Below the pieces are notes generated by a model. It was not told the origin of the DNA. It saw nothing but the letters and a program-made list of their open reading frames with translations, and searched no databases. Below, in pieces: positions 59,582 to 64,000 of a stretch of 64,000 nt of DNA; the first letter of the stretch is position 1, and each line of letters starts with the position of its first letter. Location: NCBI RefSeq assembly GCF_006345805.1, contig NC_043011.1:26610464-26674463 (forward strand). The letters run 5' to 3'. The translations under genes and the position numbers were made by a program. The DNA is from Octopus sinensis (taxonomy: Eukaryota).

Positions 59582-62000
59582 TGATAGTGCAACATCAAGA
59601 TAATAGCTGGCATCATCATTATCAATCAGTATCATCATCATTTTCATCATACCACCACCACCACCACCTTCATCATCATTATTATTAGCAGCAGCATTAG
59701 TAGCAAGAGTGATATAAAAAAAAAAACTCTTAGATCAAAACTCACTGGAAGAGTTGATTGCTTTCAGAAGCAATACATTTAGAAAGAAGAGAAAAAAAAA
59801 ACAACAACAACAAAAAGCAAAGATGTAAAAATGCAAGAGTGGGCAGTTTTTTTTTTTTTTGTTTTGTTTGTTTCTCTTCACAAGAGATACCATTTCTTAA
59901 TTATCTGCACTTATCAGCAAATGTATAAAATTGTTGTCTTAGAAACAGCAGGTATGATGGTTGTTGGCAGTAGTAAACAAAAAGGAAAAAAAAAAACCAA
60001 AAAATTCTTCTCTGCCTTTCAACATAACTTTCCTTCTCTCCCTTCTCCTAAATAACTATTTCTATTCCTGCTTTATTTACATTCTCTAAGACTGTAAGTA
60101 ACTTCACCTAAACTTAAATTAGAAATCTGATATGCCCTCAATTTTTTAAAAAAAATTTTTATTATCATTACAATAATTATTCTTATTATTACTTTTTATC
60201 AATTATTATGTTTTGAAAGTTAAAATGTAAAAATAATTATTTTGTTAGATATTGGGATCTAGAAAGACAAATAATTAAAAGGGTTTTATAAATTTCTGCA
60301 GTTGAGGCGTAAACAAGATTTAGGGAATGCCTTTTTTTTTTTTTTTTTTTTTTTTCCTTTCTCTGGTTACTTTACAGCTCAGATAATGCAAATTATATTT
60401 GAAAAATCACTTCATAAACAGAAAAACAATTTTCATGACACTCTTAAACTTCATTTATACTTTAATCTATGAACAGAAAAATTGGTGAATAAATGAATAA
60501 AAAAATTCAAATAATTTCAAATACGAAATCATATATTTCTGTACTGAGTATACTTTCCTTCTCTCAGTTACTTCACTCAGTTCTATTTGTATGAAATACA
60601 CTCTCTCCAAACTCAATGACCTAGTCTTTTACTTTTCTTTTCTTTTTTTTCTGAAGAGATCTCTTCTTAGACTAATGTGATTTGTTTCTGGTGTTCAGTC
60701 CAAGTTAATAGTATTCATTGCTAAAGAGATAATGGAGAAAGGATCAGTCTAAATACTAAAATCAGTTGACATGGTAGTTTAAACAGTGGAAACATTAGTT
60801 TCTTTAAGAATAATTTAATACATTGCATTTGTAAGATTTAATGTTCTCTTGTGGTTGCTTGTGTCCAAAACAAAAACAAAAAATCATACTGTCTGGTTGT
60901 CAAGCTGTGAGAGTCTTTCAGGTGTGTTCCCTCCACTGAGTTTTGTTTGAAGTATACCTGGTCTTCATTGAAACACTTTCTTCTCCTCTGCATTCAACCA
61001 CTTCGATTGATCTCTGATATTATCTTTTCTCCTTCTTAACATTGTGATACTCAGTAATACATGGTTATCCATCATCTAATTAGACTCCAGCAAATGCAAT
61101 GTAGAATATCTCTGCCCAATTCTTTTTTTTTTTTATTTATTTCCTCTTAATTTTCTTATAATTTATTTGCTTATTTTTAATAAACATTCTAGCCCCCAAA
61201 TTTTTAATGCATATTTATTTATCTTGTGTATTCAGTAAGTGAACCAGACTAGATTAAGATATCTTTTTCCAAGTTCTATAACCAATTTCCACATGACTTC
61301 ATCATAGTATATTCTCTATGTATATCAGAAAAGTTGTGCCTTTTAGTTTGTTTCTCTCTTTTGTTCATCTGTGTTTTGTGCCCCTCATGGCTTATTTGTT
61401 ATATCCTTCCTCCAATTCTCTCCCACAGCTCACTCTCTCTTTCACACACACGGTTATGTATAATTAATGTTTTACTTTGAATGTCCTAAATTTTGAAACG
61501 TTAATGATTTGAATTTTCATTTGTGTTTTGTTGTGCTCTGCTCAATTTACCCTTTTTTAAGTGATTAATGAATTTACCCACCCTTTTTTTATATATATAA
61601 TATATATATAAAATGTCCATCTTGGGGCTGGGTAGGGTCCTCTATTTCTAAAATTTGTACAATGCCATTGTTAAGTGGTTCCTGGAGTTTAACTTTTTTG
61701 TTTGTTTGTTTTTTTACTGTCCAGAAACAATGTGATGATGTAGATCTTTTAAGCATAATGAAACGTTGAAGTTTTATTGTTCCATTAATCTAATTTGATT
61801 GTTACCTGTTCTTATTTAATCCTACTTGCTAAAAGATAAACTTCCTGTTATTTTACCATCTTTTACATTATTTTTAACAGCCATATGATGGTGTTGGCAC
61901 CAAGGTCAAAGAGCTTGGCTACATATATACTTTATAGCACAGTGGCACTGAATTTAATTTTCATTTCTCATAGGTCAATAAAATAAGACCAGTAATATGT

Positions 62001-62038
<38 letters not shown>

Positions 62039-62572
62039 TACTTAGTACATATAGGGTCTTGTGCCTATAATAAAACATTTCAAGGGGGAGTTTTTCTTGC
62101 TTAATTTTTCTGAGTTCCTTTCTTCTCTCTCAGCATTTTATTTTAACATTTGCTTTCTTTTAAAATGACATTTGAAAATATTAATGACAGCTAGATATAT
62201 CTTTGTGATGATTATTATTATTATTATTATTATTACTATTATCTAAGTCTTTTAGAATACACTGTTCACAGAATGAAAGGAAGAAAACAGAAAACTGAAT
62301 GCATTTAATAATGATAGCAGAGGATTACAATTATATTTTATGTTTGGAAGTAATTAAGCTGAAGAGAAAATTCTTTTAATGTAGTTTATTTTATTTATTT
62401 TTTTTTTTTTTGCATGCTTTTCATTGTTAGAATGAAGGAATCTGAAACAAACAAGCATTTAGCTCACGAAACTACTCCGTACCTGTTTAGCAAATAGTTT
62501 TTATTTAATAGATGACATTTCTTAGTAAATGTTTGGAAATCATATGAACAAACTGGTTACCGTTTCTGTGTG

Positions 62573-62605
<33 letters not shown>

Positions 62606-63964
62606 TTCATCATCATCATCATCATCATCAAGATCTGTGTTCTAACATATTAACTCTTCTGCACCACTTTAATTTAATTTTTTTTTTGTTCTTCTCATTT
62701 CAACATGATGTTGATACTCTCCTTAGGACAATATGATATTCACTCACCTGAATTTCAGCCTCTGGCTCCTACTTTAATCGATAGCAAGGGAGTAGAATTA
62801 TTGTTTTCAAATGTAATTGAACTATAATTTATAGCACCATAGCTATGGAGTGAGATTGTCATGACTTTTTTTATTTTATTTTATTTTTTTTTATTATGAC
62901 AACTGAATTCCTCCTGCTTAATTTTTTCCCCTGTAGGGAAATAAAAGGTGGAGTTTTTTTTAAAATAAAATATACAAGAAAAAAACAGTAAAAACAAGGT
63001 TTCAAAAATCTTCAGAAAGCCTCCATTGAATGAATTTCTGTCAACCATACATACTATGTCATCTAATGTTTACCCCTAAAATATTGTAATATAGTTTCCC
63101 TGTTTTCTCTCCTCTCTCTCTCTCTCTTCCCCTCTTACTATATAATTTTACTGTACCATTAATAACTAAAATGTTTTTTTGGCGTACCAGTGAAATTATT
63201 TTCTTGTATTTAGCCTTGTCACTAGCAAGATTGCTTTAAATGAAATGGAAGACTTGGAATTTAAGAAAAATATATATATGTGAACTTTGAACATCTGAGA
63301 AAAAAATCCCATTAAATTCCTATAGTACACTTCTATTATGGCTCTAAGAGAGAACATTGTATTATATTATATTCATTTGGACAAAGTTAATCAGCTTGAT
63401 TAAATATGTATACCACAGATCATTTGGACTTTATATATATATATATAGATAGATATATATGTATATATATATATCCTCTCACCTGCATATATGGAGAAAA
63501 AGTTGCTCGTATATTTAAAGAGTGCTATTCATCTTTTTCTGAATAAGTGAAAATTGGAACATTGGTCAATAATAGATCCTCCTCTTCTTCCTCCCATCCC
63601 CTTATCTTCCTCTTGGATGTGATTAAAAATTATTTACTGCATTGTTTGAAACTAGTTTTTTTTTTTTTTTTTTTTTCAACCTCATTGACAAATATGTTTA
63701 TATGTTATGTAATATCATTTAATGTGAGATGAATGGAAAAGGGGAAGAAAAAAAAAACTGTTGATATCAGTGGCAGCTCTGCATGACATTGGGTTGGTTT
63801 GAGTCAAAGAATATTTGTTGTGAGTGAGGCATGAAAAAGTAATAATTACAATATATGTATATACACACATACATATATATGTGTGTGTGTTTGTGTGTGT
63901 ATATATATATATGTGTATATGTAAATGCTGAATTGAGATCTATATCCAATGTACTTTGAATAAA
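59582..63964 (+). other. Probable long 3' UTR / 3' region with several AATAAA candidates (e.g. ~60496, ~61178, 63959)
   Basis: Follows the stop codon; U-rich; nearly free of the SINE/MITE copies dense in the introns; the true cleavage site is not determinable from sequence. Confidence 0.45.
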
Positions 63965-64000
63965 ACGTTACTTCCCCTTGATGCATTTGTGTAAGTAGAT

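Overview
AT-rich, repeat-dense eukaryotic genomic DNA. The SINE, RTE and MITE repertoire points to a coleoid cephalopod, probably Octopus (inference). The window is dominated by one + strand gene of the HDGFL2 (HRP-2)/PSIP1 (LEDGF) family. I reconstructed 19 coding exons from 25465 to 59581, all GT-AG and phase-consistent, totalling 3915 nt (1304 aa + stop). They encode the distal PWWP domain, an AT-hook, an acidic/basic coiled-coil region, the integrase-binding domain (IBD, a TFIIS-N-terminal-like TND) and an unusual ~540-aa low-complexity C-terminal extension. The first coding exon, carrying the PWWP signature itself, was not found and probably lies upstream, so 1-25464 is most likely intron. 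The introns hold RTE/CR1 LINE fragments, three tRNA-derived SINE families, mariner remnants, a decayed DDE transposase of unassigned family and many TTAA-flanked piggyBac-type MITEs. The main lead is a 1065-bp piggyBac deletion derivative (28468-29532) whose transposase N-terminus reads [15 protein letters not shown]. This resembles the acidic FxGF motif (IBM/TIM) that binds the LEDGF/HRP-2 IBD and other TNDs, suggesting a possible host-tethering route for this piggyBac family. Secondary leads are three candidate unannotated exons that would yield PWWP-defective or PWWP-only isoforms, a pre-miRNA-sized hairpin and a 450-bp palindromic MITE dimer. All repeat boundaries without TIR/TSD evidence are approximate.
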